Shown piece after piece: positions 48,641 to 60,846 of a stretch of DNA of 64,000 nt. The stretch is from Leucoraja erinacea. Its lineage: Eukaryota. Under the pieces are notes generated by a model, which searched no databases, was not told the origin of the DNA, and was given only the letters and a program-made list of their open reading frames with translations. Made by a program: the position numbers and the translations under genes. Location of the stretch: contig NC_073405.1 in assembly GCF_028641065.1 (NCBI RefSeq), positions 6,572,001 to 6,636,000 of the forward strand, in the 5' to 3' direction. How positions within the stretch are numbered: the stretch's first letter is position 1; each line of letters opens with the position of its first letter.

Positions 48641-49446
48641 AGTTGTTATGTGTCCCAGATAGGACAGCATGGAAACAGGCTCAACCTAACTTGACCACGC
48701 CGACCAACATGCCCCATCCACGCTAGTCCCACCTAGTGCATGTTCTCCCCGTGACCCGTTTGGGGGGTTTTCTCCAGGGGTCCTCCATGCCTAGAAACCT
48801 GTCCCTATCCATGTACCTGTCTCAATGTTTCTTAAATGTTGCAATAGTACATGCCTCAACTACGTCCTCCGGCAGCTCGTTCCATACACCCACCACGCTT
48901 TGTGTAAAAATGTTGGCCCTCAGATTCCCATTAAATCTTTTCCCCCTTCACCTGAAACCCATGTCCTCTGGTTCTCGATCCCCCTACTCTGGGCAAATGA
49001 CCTTGCATTTACCCAATCTATTCCTCTGATGATTTTGCACAGCTCTACAAGATCACCCCTCATCCTCTTGTGCTACAAGGAACAGAGTCCTCGCCTGCCC
49101 AACCCCCTCCCTATAGCTACGCCTCCCTCCAGTCCTCAACCTTTGTCCCTCGAGGGTGGCAGATGTACAGAGAGAAGGTGTGGAAGTCCCGATGATGTTG
49201 AGATCGGCCTTCTGACCCGGTTCGGTTTAGGCACCACATTTTCGAGTGGGGGGGGGTGGGTAGTGGGGGAGCGGGGGTGGCTTAAGTTAAAGCTAAAGGA
49301 GGCTCCTGTCCATCAGTTGCCAGAAAATCGGTGGTGGACCTGTAGTGGCATTTTTGCCGTTCCCATTTCAGATTTCCAGCATCTGCAACTTCTTGCATTG
49401 AGAAGTATCTTTAATTAGAGTCATAGAGTGATGCAGCGTGGAAACA

Positions 49447-49483
49447 GTCAAGTCAAGTCAAGTCAAGTCAAGTCAAGTCAAGT
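49447..49483. repeat. (GTCAA)n pentanucleotide, probably a LINE tail
   Basis: Seven tandem GTCAA units followed by GTTTATTTGTCAC. Confidence 0.8.
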
Positions 49484-49735
49484 TTATTTGTCACATACAC
49501 ATACGAGATTATCAGTGAAATGAAAGTGGCAATGCTCGTGGAACAACAAAACAACCAAACAAATTATAAACACAATCATAACACATATTATTTTACATAA
49601 ACAGGCCCTTCAGCCCAGCTTGCCCACACCTTGCATCTTGTTATAAGGATGAGCAGGTGCTAGACCTGTGCAGTGTGTTTCAATGCAGTTATACACCCAT
49701 TAACCACGAATTCCCCTCTTCCTTTCCTTGTTCAG

Positions 49736-50871
49736 ATGAAAATGACACCGATGTTTCAGAAGACGACATTAACACGAGCTCAATACCAAGTGTGGCTGAC
49801 ATCATGAAATCATTTAAAGCCACTCGGCAGAAGGTGAATGGTACCAATGAGACGTACATCATGGTGGACGATGCAGTTAGAGCCCACCTGACAGGTTCCA
49901 CCACCTTAGCTGTCATCCCAGCTCTTTATACCTTGGTCTTTGCTGTTGGGCTGCCAGCTAACGCACTGGGACTGTGGATAATGGCCACTAAGATCAGGAA
50001 ACTCCCTTCCACCGTCTTCCTGATCAACCTGACCACGGCCGACCTCCTCCTCATGCTGATCCTGCCGTTCAAGATCTCCTACCACCTCCAGGGCAACAAC
50101 TGGGTGTTCGGCGAAGCTCTGTGCCGGACGATGACCGCCTTGTTCTACGGCAACATGTACTGCTCCATCCTCCTGCTCACAGTCATCAGCGTGGACCGCT
50201 ACTGCGCCCTGGTCCACCCGTTCACCTCCCGGCAGTTCAGGGACAACGTGTTCGCCGCCGGCGTGTGCTCTGCCATCTGGGTGACCACCCTGCTCCTGGT
50301 CCTGCCCTTCCTCTTCGTGGAGCAGCAGCTCCGGCCCCACAACCTGAACATCACCACCTGCCACGACGTGCTGCTGCAGGATCAGCAGACCGGGTTTTTC
50401 TTCCGCTACTTTGTATCGCTGGTGGTGGTCGGCTTTTTGATCCCCTGCTGTGTCACCTTATTCTGCTACGGCTCCGTCATCAAGACCTTAGCGTCCAACA
50501 AGAAGAGTTACACACGGGCCGCGGTGGTCACTTTGCTGATTCTGCTGGTGTACGTCTGCTGTTTTGCCCCCAGCAATGTAATCCTCCTCATTCACCACTC
50601 CGAGTACCAGCTCACCGGCGACAGTGATCTCTACATTTACTACATGGTCTGCCTGGTTCTCAGCAGCGCCGGCAGCTGCATCGACCCCTTCATCTATTAT
50701 TACATTTCCGACGAGTTCAGGGTCAGGGTCAAACATGTCATTTGCTGCAGCAAGGACCAGCAGTCCTCTCGATCTGGCCGGACCACCACTCAAGAACTCC
50801 TGCGCACCAACACCACCACCAACCACCACCTCCTCCTCAAACTCCCGGGCCAGGGCAACAGTGAGAACTAA
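49736..50871 (+). CDS. F2RL3: PAR-like copy 4, 7TM exon (…ADIMK|SFKATR…); best candidate for the PAR4 orthologue
   Basis: Acceptor CCTCTTCCTTTCCTTGTTCAG ending 49735, phase 1. Intact 7TM. The pro-region PTLDYDDE…DD…SIPS resembles human PAR4 PSVYDES…DDSTPS, and RKLPST/NLTTADLLL is PAR4-like. PAR3 affinity cannot be excluded without a tree. Confidence 0.88.
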
Positions 50872-52892
50872 CATCTGATTCGGTGGAAGACCTGGGAAAA
50901 TCTCAAGGACCCGAGGAGAAAATAAAAAATAGAGAGATCCATCCAGAAACGACTTTGGGCCTGTAAATACCTGCAGTCCTAACTGCCTGGTCATGTAGTT
51001 CAAAGAAATGGGATATGATCCAAAATCTTTGTTCAGGTTAATTCAGGATATTCATTTTTTTTCCCCCTCAGGTGTCGCTTCTTTGGAATGAAGAAGTGTT
51101 GCCGTTAGCGACAGTGCAAGTTCTAGATTCTAAGCAAGTGCTTACAAAGTTGAGGAACTGCCTTTTTTCGCTCCACACCACAGCTTTCTAATAGAGTCGT
51201 AGACACATGCAGCATGGCAACAGGCCCATCAGACCTAAGTTCCCCACACTGGCCAACATGTCCCATCTACACTTAGTCCCATCTGCCTGCATTTGGCCCA
51301 TATCTCTCTAAACCTGTCCTATCCATGTACCTGTCTAACTGTGTCTTCATTGTTGCGATAGTCCCAGCCTCAGCTACCTCCTCCGGCAATTCATTCCATG
51401 CACCCACCACCCTTTGTGTGACAAGGTTACCCCTCAGATTTCTATTAGATCTTTCTCCCCCCTCACCTTAAACCGACGCTCGCTGGTTCTCCTAACGTCT
51501 CCGCTCTTCCCCTTTCTCACGTGAGGCTCCTAACGGTAACCTTTATCTTGGTGGTACAATGGCGCAGCCACAGAGCTGCTGCCTCACAGCATCGCAGTCC
51601 AGGGTTCAATCCTGACTGCAGTTGCTGTCTGTGTGGAGTTTGCACGTTCTCCCTGTGACTGCGTAGGTTTTCTCTAGGTGCACTGGTTTCCTCCGCCATT
51701 CTAAATACGTGCAGGCGTGGAGGTTCATTCACTTCTGTAACTTGCACCCCAGGACCCGCCACAATCCATCACCATCTTGGCAAGGCCGCTCCAATCCACG
51801 CGGTGCATCAATGGGCCTGGACCTCCCTGTGTAACCCCTAAAGCAGCAGCTAATGAATGATGAGTTGATACTTTATGGCCACATGTACCCAGGTACAGTG
51901 AAATGCTTTGTTTTGCACATAATCTGGTAAAGTCGTACAGTAGACCTCACCTCGGCAGCACACACAAGAGTCGCCATGCATCAGAGTTGCTAAAGTTCAC
52001 TGAACCTTCCTAACTTCTGCTTGCCTCCGCACGGGGCAGCAAGTGGTCCCCAGCTGGGACCCCCCCCCCCCCCCCCCCCCCCCCCCTTGGTTCTCACCGG
52101 CCCCCCCCTGCCAGTTAATCATCTTGCCTCCCGACTTACAAATATTTTACAATTTAGAAACATAGAACAATAGGAAATAGGTGCAGGAGTAGGCCATTCG
52201 GCCCCCTTGAGACAGCACCGCCCTTCAATGTGATCATGGCTGATCATCCCCAATCAGTACCCCATTCCTGCTTTTCCCCATATCCCCTGCTTCCTTTAGC
52301 CCCAAGAGCTCTCTCTTGAAAACATCCAGTGAATTGGCCTCCACTGCCTTCTGTGGCAGAGAATTCCTCAGATTCACAACACTCTGGGTGAAAGAGGTGT
52401 ATTGTAGGTGTATTTGATGTGTATTAATACTCGTGTAGAAATGTCAATGCTGTACCTGGCACGAACCTGTGCAATTAATAAAGTCAAATGCTGGAGATGC
52501 CTGAGTGGGCATTTGAATGAGGACCCTTCTTCTTTTTCGGGAGAGTCTTCTCTCAGGTAGGGCGTCTGGCGGCAACAGGATGGGCCGAATGGTTTGAAGC
52601 TACACCTGTGCAGGCCTTCAACCTGCTCCTGAGGTTCTGCAGTCATAGTCATAGAGTCACGGAGTGATACAGCGCGGAAACAGGCTCTTTTTTGGCCCAC
52701 GCCGACCAACATGTCCCATCTACACTAGTCCCACCTGCCTGCATCCCTCTAAACTTGTCCTATCCATGTACTTGTCCAAATGTTTCTTTAACATTGTGAT
52801 AGTCCCTGCCTCAACTACCTCCTCTGACAGCTCGATCCAAACAGCTACCACCGTTTACGTGAAAAAATTACTCTTTAGATTCCTATTAATCT

Positions 52893-52927
<35 letters not shown>

Positions 52928-53396
52928 ACCTTAAACCTATGCCCTCTGGTTCTCAATTCCCCTACTCTAAGGCAAGAGACTCTGTGCATCTATCCGTTCT
53001 ATTCCTCTCATGATTTTATACACCTGTGGTCTCGCGGTTCAGCACCGTCTGTCCATGCCGTCATGTGCCACAGGTGAGCAGGAGTCGGTGAGGATGGTAT
53101 TTTTTATTCGAGGAAGCTTTGTGAACATCCTTGAATCCTCTGTCTGCCTGTAAAGCTGGCCCATGAAGATCTCTGACCTTGACAGATCAGGCCTGTCTCT
53201 GTACGACACTGGGGTGCAGTACTGGTGGGCCTAGGTCTGTCTCTGTATAACACAGGGACACAGTTAGGTCTGTCGCTGTCCAACACTGGGGTACGGTACA
53301 TTTTGGGATGGATCTGTTGCTGTATAACATTGGGGTAGAGTACTGGTGGGGATGGGCCTATCCCTGTATAACACTGGAGTACGGTGCTGGTGGGGA

Positions 53397-53800
53397 CAAT
53401 AGACAATAGACAATAGGTGCAGGAGTAGGCCATTCGACCCTTCGAGCCAGCACCGACATTCAATGTGATCATGGCTGATCATCCCCAATCAGTACCCCGT
53501 TCCTGCCTTCTCCCCATGTCCCCTGACTCCACTATTTTTAAGAGCCCTATCTAGCTCTCTCTTGAAAGCATCCAGAGAACCCGCCTCCACCGCCCTCTGA
53601 GGCAGAGAATTCCACAGACTCACCACTCTCTGTGAGAAAAAGTGTTTCCTCGTCTCCGTTCTAAATGGCTTACCCCTTATTCTTAAACTGTGGCCCCTGG
53701 TTCTGGACTCCCCCAACATCGGGAACATGTTTCCTGCCTCTAGCGTGTCCAAACCCTTAACAGCCTTATATGTCTCAATGAGATCCCCTCTCATCCTTCT
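53397..53800 (-). mobile_element. CR1 LINE 3' fragment
   Basis: RRMRGDLIETYK..KGLD…FFSQRVVSLWNSLP; (CTATTGT)n tail. Confidence 0.82.
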
Positions 53801-54594
53801 GTCTGTCGAGTCTGTGGTACAGTACTGTATAACACTGGCATATTGTACCAGAGGGGGTGGAACTGGGTGAAAGTGAGAGTGAGATTCCAAAAATAAGGAT
53901 AGAAAATGTTGTTTGCATTGATCGAGTGGTGGAGTAGACTGGATGGGCCGAATGGCCTAATTCTGCTCCTATATGGTGGAATGGCAGAGTAGACTCGACG
54001 GGCCGAATGGCCTAATTCCGTTCCCATGTCTTACGGTGGAATGGGAAATAGACTTGATGGGTCTCATGGTCTTAAGGAAGTAAGAAGAGGTCCCGGATTA
54101 TTTCTGTGCCACCAGTGTCAAGGGAGAAGGGCTGGTGATGAGAGGTAGGACAATTGATCGTCTGTGAACAGGGAGGCCCAGGGCTATTGAAGGAGAGCGT
54201 ATTTGAACAGAAACTCGGCCAAAAGAAACTAGAATATATTGGAAGTCAAAATCCTACCTTATTTGGTGGTCCTGTTTCCAAGTGCAAAGGTTACTTGGCA
54301 GGTTGAGAGTGAGATTCATGAACAGCAGAAGCATAACTCAGTTATGTTGAGTTAGATCCAATTATTTTGCCCTTTGGCCCACCGAGTCCATGCTGACCAA
54401 CGACCACCCGTACACTAGTTCTATCTCACACACAAGGACACTTTATAGAAGCCAATTAACCTGCAAACCTGCCTGTCTTTGGATTGTGGGAGGAACCCGG
54501 AGCACTGGGAGGAAACCCACGTGGTCCCAGGGAGAAGTCAGGATTGAACAACGGGTCCCCAGCGCTGTTCAACGGAGCTGTACGGAGTTTGTAC

Positions 54595-55078
54595 GTTCAC
54601 CAGACTGATTCCTGGGATGGCAGGACTTTCATATGAAGAAAGACTGGATAGACTCGGCTTGTACACGCTAGAATTTAGAAGATTGAGGGGGGATCTTATA
54701 GAAACTTACAAAATTCTTAAGGGGTTGGACAGGCTAGATGCAGGAAGATTATTCCCGATGTTGGGGGAGTCCAGAACTAGGGGTCACAGTTTAAGGCTAA
54801 GAGGGAAGTCTTTTAGGATCGAGATGAGAAAATCATTTTTTACACAGAGAGTGGTGAATCTGTGGAACTCTCTGCCACAGAAGGTAGTTGAGGCCAGTTG
54901 ATTGGCTATATTTAAGAGGGAGTTAGATGTGGCCCTTGTGTCTAAGGGGATCAGGGGGTATGGAGAGAAGGCAGGGATGGGATACTGAGTTGGATGATCA
55001 GCCATGATCATATTGAATGGCGGTGCAGGCTCGAAGGGCCGAATGGCCTACTCCTGCACCTATTTTCTATGTTTCCAT
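54595..55078 (+). mobile_element. CR1 LINE 3' fragment
   Basis: ORF 54617..54901 is the CR1 RT C-terminus, followed by the CR1 tail. Confidence 0.82.
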
Positions 55079-55437
55079 GACTTCGAGAACATAGCTTATA
55101 ACTTGGCGATTTCTATTGTAAAAATAAACCTTTAAAGAACAGAAATGGTAGCATATCCCAATGGAAATAAAACCACATGATTGAAATGCGGCATAAGCAA
55201 CATTGTGACTGATACACTTGTTAATTATCAATGAAAGAGAAACAGCTAATTTAAATTACAAGCAAAAAAAACCTTTGTAGTAAATGATCAATTTATTTAA
55301 AATATTGCTTTCTGATTTTGTTTCAATGTATTACTGAATATATGATACTTTGAAGATCAGATGCAGAGAAAATAAAATGACAGATGGCTGTAATCAGTGT
55401 ACTATAATCGGTTGTACATGGCATACACTAGTTCAAT

Positions 55438-55439
55438 AT

Positions 55440-55472
<33 letters not shown>

Positions 55473-55850
55473 CTATATTTCGGACTCAAGGCCCAGACAA
55501 GGGGCAACACTAAATAAAAATGCATTGCATATTAATAAAATATCATAGTGCATATAAAATCTTAGTATATCACTTATAAAAGCATCATAAATTATATATT
55601 AAAAAAAACACAATACATGAATTAAAATCCAGAATAAAAGAATGATCAATGTCCTACAGCCAGCCAATGATACCAGTGTCTTCACAACTGGGATTTGTGG
55701 CGTGGAATGCTAAGCCTTATGTTTGACAAGACCACAATAATCAATTTTTTAGTAATTTTAGGGTCAATATTGATCCATTTCAATTGTAAAAGCAAATTAG
55801 TCCCACACATCTAAACAAAACGTTCCATGTTTGTGCCGATGCTCCTGAAT
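55438..55850 (-). mobile_element. 3' end of a second RTE-X-like LINE with (ATT)n tail
   Basis: The minus strand reads IVVLSNIRLSIPRHKSQL*RHWYHWL, similar to IEALVSPLKSCYRFTSRLRWHWCNSL near 17400. (ATA)n array at 55441-55472. Confidence 0.55.
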
Positions 55851-56073
55851 TGAATTTTATGATGACATAACTGACTGCGGAAGTTGGAACATTGGGCAAA
55901 CTCGAAGTGGCGGAGGAACTGAGAGGATCAGGCAACATCTGTTGAGGAAACGAACAAACGACATTTCGGGTCAGATATGTTTAAGAAGGAACTGCAGATA
56001 CTGGAAAAATCGAGGGTAGACAAAAATGTTGGGGAAACTCAGCGGGTGAGGCAGCATCCATGGGGCGAAGGAA

Positions 56074-56112
56074 TAGGTGACGTTTCGGGGTCGAGACCCT
56101 TCTTCAGACTGA
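56074..56112 (-). ncRNA. Minimal type I hammerhead-ribozyme-like motif in a Penelope pLTR remnant (55978-56116)
   Basis: Minus strand AGU-CUGAAGA-A-GGGU-CUCG-ACCC-C-GAAAC-GUC-ACC: conserved core, stem II and GUC cleavage triplet, with one extra C. Activity is untested. Confidence 0.55.
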
Positions 56113-56618
56113 TGGTCAGATACAACATGTTTGTGACATTGGGCCAAACAGAGCAAATGTTTTGCTTCAGTTTAGTTTAGAGACACAGCACGGAAACAGG
56201 CCCTTCGGGCCCACCGAGTCGGTGCCGACCAGCGACCCCCGCACACTAGTACTATCCTATACACACACTAGGGACTATTTACGCTTACGCAAAGCCAATT
56301 AACCTACAAAACTGCACGTCTTTGGAGTGTGGGAGGGGACCTGAAGACCTCGGGGAAGACCCAAGTGGGATCACGGGCAGAACGTACAAACTCCGCACAG
56401 ACAAGCACCCGTGGTCAGGATCGAACACGGGTCCCTGGCACTGCATGCGTGACCACAAGCCACGGGTGCAGCTGCGCCAACCAAATTACGGGCGCTCCAC
56501 CGCTGCGCCGCCGTGCCGCCCGTCATTTGGTTGGTACAGCATGTCAGATGGTGAGCTGCGGACTTTTACATTGCCGCGAGGGATGCCTGATCTTCGAAGC
56601 CACCCGACCCCAGATCAC

Positions 56619-57646
56619 TCAGCTACTATTCGTGGGAGATCTTTTGGAAGAAATCATCCGAGACAACCAAGTGCTGGTTGTCTGCGAATTACGAAATCTA
56701 GTGACAACTTTCTGGATACCGATCATCTTCTTTATTTTGTTCCTCAATTCATCCGAAATGAAGTAGTAGATGAAGGGGTCGATGCAGCTATTGAAGCTAC
56801 AGATGGGCACGGTTATCATGTAATGGATGTAGAGTTTAGGGATCCATTGGTGCAGGAAAAGTATTACATTGCTGGGACCAAAGCACACGAGGTATATCAG
56901 CAGAGTTAAAACAGTGACGACCTTGGCCTTTCTGTACTCTCTCTTGTTAAGCAGTAACATTCTGATCACAAAACTATAACAGACGATAGTGATTAGAGCT
57001 GGAATGATGAAGCCTATTATCACCACGGCCTGCCAGTAATAGAAATAAACACTCTGCATATTTTCCAGGTAGACGTCGTGGCAGGTAGTGATGTTAGTGA
57101 TGCTAGTGAGGCTGATCTTAAAGGACTGTTGCACAAGGAATAATGGCAGGACAAAGAGGCCAACCAAGACCCAAATGGCAGCACAGGTTGATACAGCAAA
57201 CCTGTTGCCCCTGAACCGCCTGGAGTAGAACGGGTGGACCAGGGCACAGTATCGGTCGATGCTGATGAAGGTGAGGAGGAGGACGGAGCAGTACATGTTG
57301 CCGTAGAACAAGGCGGTCACCGTCCGACACAGAGCTTCCCCGAAGATCCAGTTGTTGCCCTGGATGTGGTAATGGATCTTGAACGGCAGCACCAGGATCA
57401 GGAGGAGGTCGGCAACAGCCAGGTTGATCTGGCAAATGGTGGAAGGCTTCTTGATGTTGCCGGCCATAAACCAAATGGCCAGAGCATTGGCTGGGAACCC
57501 GATGATAAACACCAGGATGTAAAGGGCAGGAGTTAACACAGTGGTGACGGAATTTGTCATTTGACGTTCACCCCATTCATTTAAGATAGCTCCATCGTCA
57601 TTATTCGAACTGGATGCTAGCACTCCGCCTGCATCTGGCATAGGTT
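56619..57646 (-). CDS. PAR-like copy 5 (inverted), 7TM exon; no basic residue at the aligned activation site
   Basis: Minus-strand acceptor TCTCATTTCTTTAG (AG at 57648-57647), phase 1, in frame with ORF 56619..57641. GFPAN, DRY, ITTCHDVY, CFGPSN and DPFIYY present. Exon 1 not found in window. Confidence 0.9.
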
Positions 57647-57819
57647 CTAAAGAAATGAGAAGACGGTTTAAATTTTTTGTATTTAAACTTTAGACTTTAG
57701 AGATACCGCACGGAAACAGGCCCTTCGACCCATCGAGTCCATGTCGACCAGTGACCACCCCGTACACTAGCACAATCCTACATATTATTGACAATTTAAC
57801 AACTTACTGAAGCCAATTA

Positions 57820-60578
57820 ATAGAAAACATAGACAATAGGTGCAGGAGTAGGCCATTCAGCCCTTCGAGCCTGAACCGCCATTCAATATGATCATGGCTG
57901 ATCATCCAACTCAGTATCCTGTACCTGCCTTCTCTCCTGATCCCTTTAGCCACAAGGGCCACATCTAACTCCCTCTTAAATATAGCCAATCAACTGGCCT
58001 CAACTACCTTCTGTGGCAGAGAATTCCACAGATTCATCACTCTCTGTGTGAAAAATATTTTCCTCATCTCGGTCCTAAAAGATTTCCCCCTTATCCTTAA
58101 ACTGTGACCCCTTGTTCTGGACTTCCCCAACATCGGGAACAATTTTCCTGCATCGAGCCTGTGAACTCCTTAAGAATTTTGTAAGTTTCTATAAGATCCC
58201 CCCTCAATCTTCTAAATTCTAGCGAGTACAAGCCGAGTCTATCCAGTCTTTCTTCATATGAAAGTCCTGACATCCCAGGAATCAGTCTGGTGAACCTTCT
58301 CTGTACTCCCTCTATAGCAAGAATGTCTTTCCTCAGATTAGGAGACCAAAACTGTATGCAATACTCCAGGTGTGGTCTCACCAAGACCCTGTACAACTGC
58401 AGTAGAACCTCCCTGCTCCTATACTCAAATCCTTTCGCTATGAATGCTAACATACCATTCGCCTTCTTCACTGCCTGCTGCACCTGCATGTCTACTTTTA
58501 ATGACTGGTGTACCATGACACCAAGGTCTCATTGCATCTCCCCCTTTCCTAATCGGCCACCATTCAGATAATAGTCTACTTTCCTGTTTTTGCCACACAT
58601 TTATCCACATTATACTGCATCTGCCATGCATTTGCCCACTCACCCAGCCTATCCAAGTCACCTTGCAGCCTCCTAGCATCCTCCACACAGCTAACACTGC
58701 CCCCCAGCTTCGTGTCATCCGCAAACTTGGAGATGTTACATTCAATTCCCTCGCCCAAATCATTCATATATATCGTAAATAGCTGGGACCCAGCACAGCC
58801 TTGCGGTACCCCACTAGTCACTGCCTGCCACTGTGAAAAGGACCCGTTTACTCCTACTCTTTGCTTCCTATCTGCCAGCCAGTTCTCTATCCACATGAAC
58901 CCCCAATATCGTGTGCTTTAAGTTTGTATACTAATCTCCTATGTGGGACCTTGTCGAAAGCCTTCTGAAAGTCCAGATATAACACATCCACCGGTTCTCC
59001 CTTATCCACTCTACTAGTTACATCCTCAAAAAATTCTATAAGATTCGTCAGACATGATTTACCTTGCATAAATCCATGCTGACTTTGTCCAATGATTTCA
59101 CCACTTTCCAAATGTGCTGCTATCCCATCTTTAATAACTGATTCTAGCAGTTTCCCCACTATCGATGTTAGACTAACTGGTCTGTAATTCCCCATTTTCT
59201 CTCTCCCTCCCTTTTTAAAAAGTGGGGTTACATTAGCTACCCTCCAATCCTCAGGAAATATTCCAGAATCTAAAGAGTTTTGAAAAATTATCACTAATGC
59301 ATCCACTATTTCTGGGGCTACTTCCTTAAGTAGTCTGGGATGCAGCCTATCTGGCCCTGGGGATTTATCAGCCTTTAATCCATTCAATTTACCCAACACC
59401 ACTTCCCGGCTAACCTGGATTTCACTCAGTTCCTCCATCTCATTTGCCCCCGACCCCTTGCTTTTTGCTATAAAAGCTTTTGCAGTCAGTTTTTATGTTC
59501 CCTGCCAGTTTTCTTTCATAATCTATTCTCCCTTTCCTAATTAAGCCCTTTGTCCTCCTCTGCTGGGCTCTGAATTTCTCCCAGTCCTCTGGTAGGCTGC
59601 TTTTTCTGGCTAATTTGTACACTTCATCTTTTGTTTTCATACTATCCCTGATTGTCCTTGTTATCCACGGATGTACTACCTTCCCTGATTTATTTTTTTG
59701 CCAAACTGGGATGAACAATTGTTGTAGTTCATCCATGCAGTCTTTAAATGCCTTCCATTGCATATCCACCGTCAACCCATTAAGAATCAATTGCCAGTCT
59801 ATCTTGGCCAATTCACGTCTCATACCCTCAAAGTTACCTTTCTTTAAGTTCAGGACCCTTGTTTCTGAATTAACAATGTCACTCTCCATCCTAATGAAGA
59901 ACTCAACCATATTATGGTCACTCTTGCCCAAGGGGCCACCCACAACAAGGCTGCTAACTAACCCTTCCTCATTACTCAATATCCAATCTAGAATAGCCTG
60001 CTCTCTCGTTGGTTCATCTACATGTTGGTTTAGAAAACTATCCCGCATACATTCCAAGAAATCCTCCTCCTCAGCACCCTTGCCAATTTGATTCACCCAA
60101 TCTATATGTAGATTGAAGTCACCCATTATAACTGTTTTACCTTTGTTGCACGCATTTCTAATTTCCTGTTTGATGCCATCCCCAACTCCACTACTACTGT
60201 TAGGTGGCCTGTACACAACTCCCACTAGCGTGTTCTGCCCTTTAGTGTTTCGCAGCTCAACCCATATTGATTCCACATTCTCCAAGCTAATGTCCTTCCT
60301 TTCTATTGCGTTAATCTGCTCTCTAACCAGCAACACTACCCTACCTCCTTTCCCTTTCTGTCTATCCCTCCGGAATATTGAATATCCCTGGATGTTCAGC
60401 TCCCAGCCTTGGTCACCCTGGAGCCATGTCTCCGTGATCCCAACTATATCATAATCACCAGTTCCTCAGCCACACATTCAGGTCCCGTATCTCCCTGTTC
60501 CTGCTCTCGCCAGCACGAGGAACTGGAAGCAAACCGGAGATAACAACCCTGGAGGTCCTGCTTTTCAGCATTTTTCCG
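57820..60578 (-). mobile_element. CR1 (HER1-type) LINE with ORF1 esterase remnant, APE and RT; internal deletions and frameshifts; lies in the intron of PAR copy 5
   Basis: APE: GVVYRPP, MGDFN, LGKSDH. RT: KSPGPD, NYRPVSLTS, YLDFQKAFDKVPH, GVPQG, FADD. ORF1 end: VVISGLLPVPRAGESRNREI. Confidence 0.92.
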
Positions 60579-60846
60579 ACGTCTTTGTACGTCTTTGGAG
60601 TGAGGGAGGCTAAATGCACTCCCGACACTTTTGTTTCTTAGGGACTACTCGTGTTGGTGCAGCCTACATCCACATTTAAAAAAATGTTGTATAGACAAAC
60701 AGCGTGGAAACAGGCCCTTCGGCCCACCGTGTCCGCACCGACCAGTGATCGATCAGTCCCGGCCGACACTAACACTATCCTACACACCAGGGACAATTTA
60801 CAATTTACAGAAGCCAATTAACCTACAAATCCGCGCGTCTTTGGAG

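Noticed and set aside
48394-48726. Arg/Glu-rich ORF
   Set aside because: Translation of a GA microsatellite.
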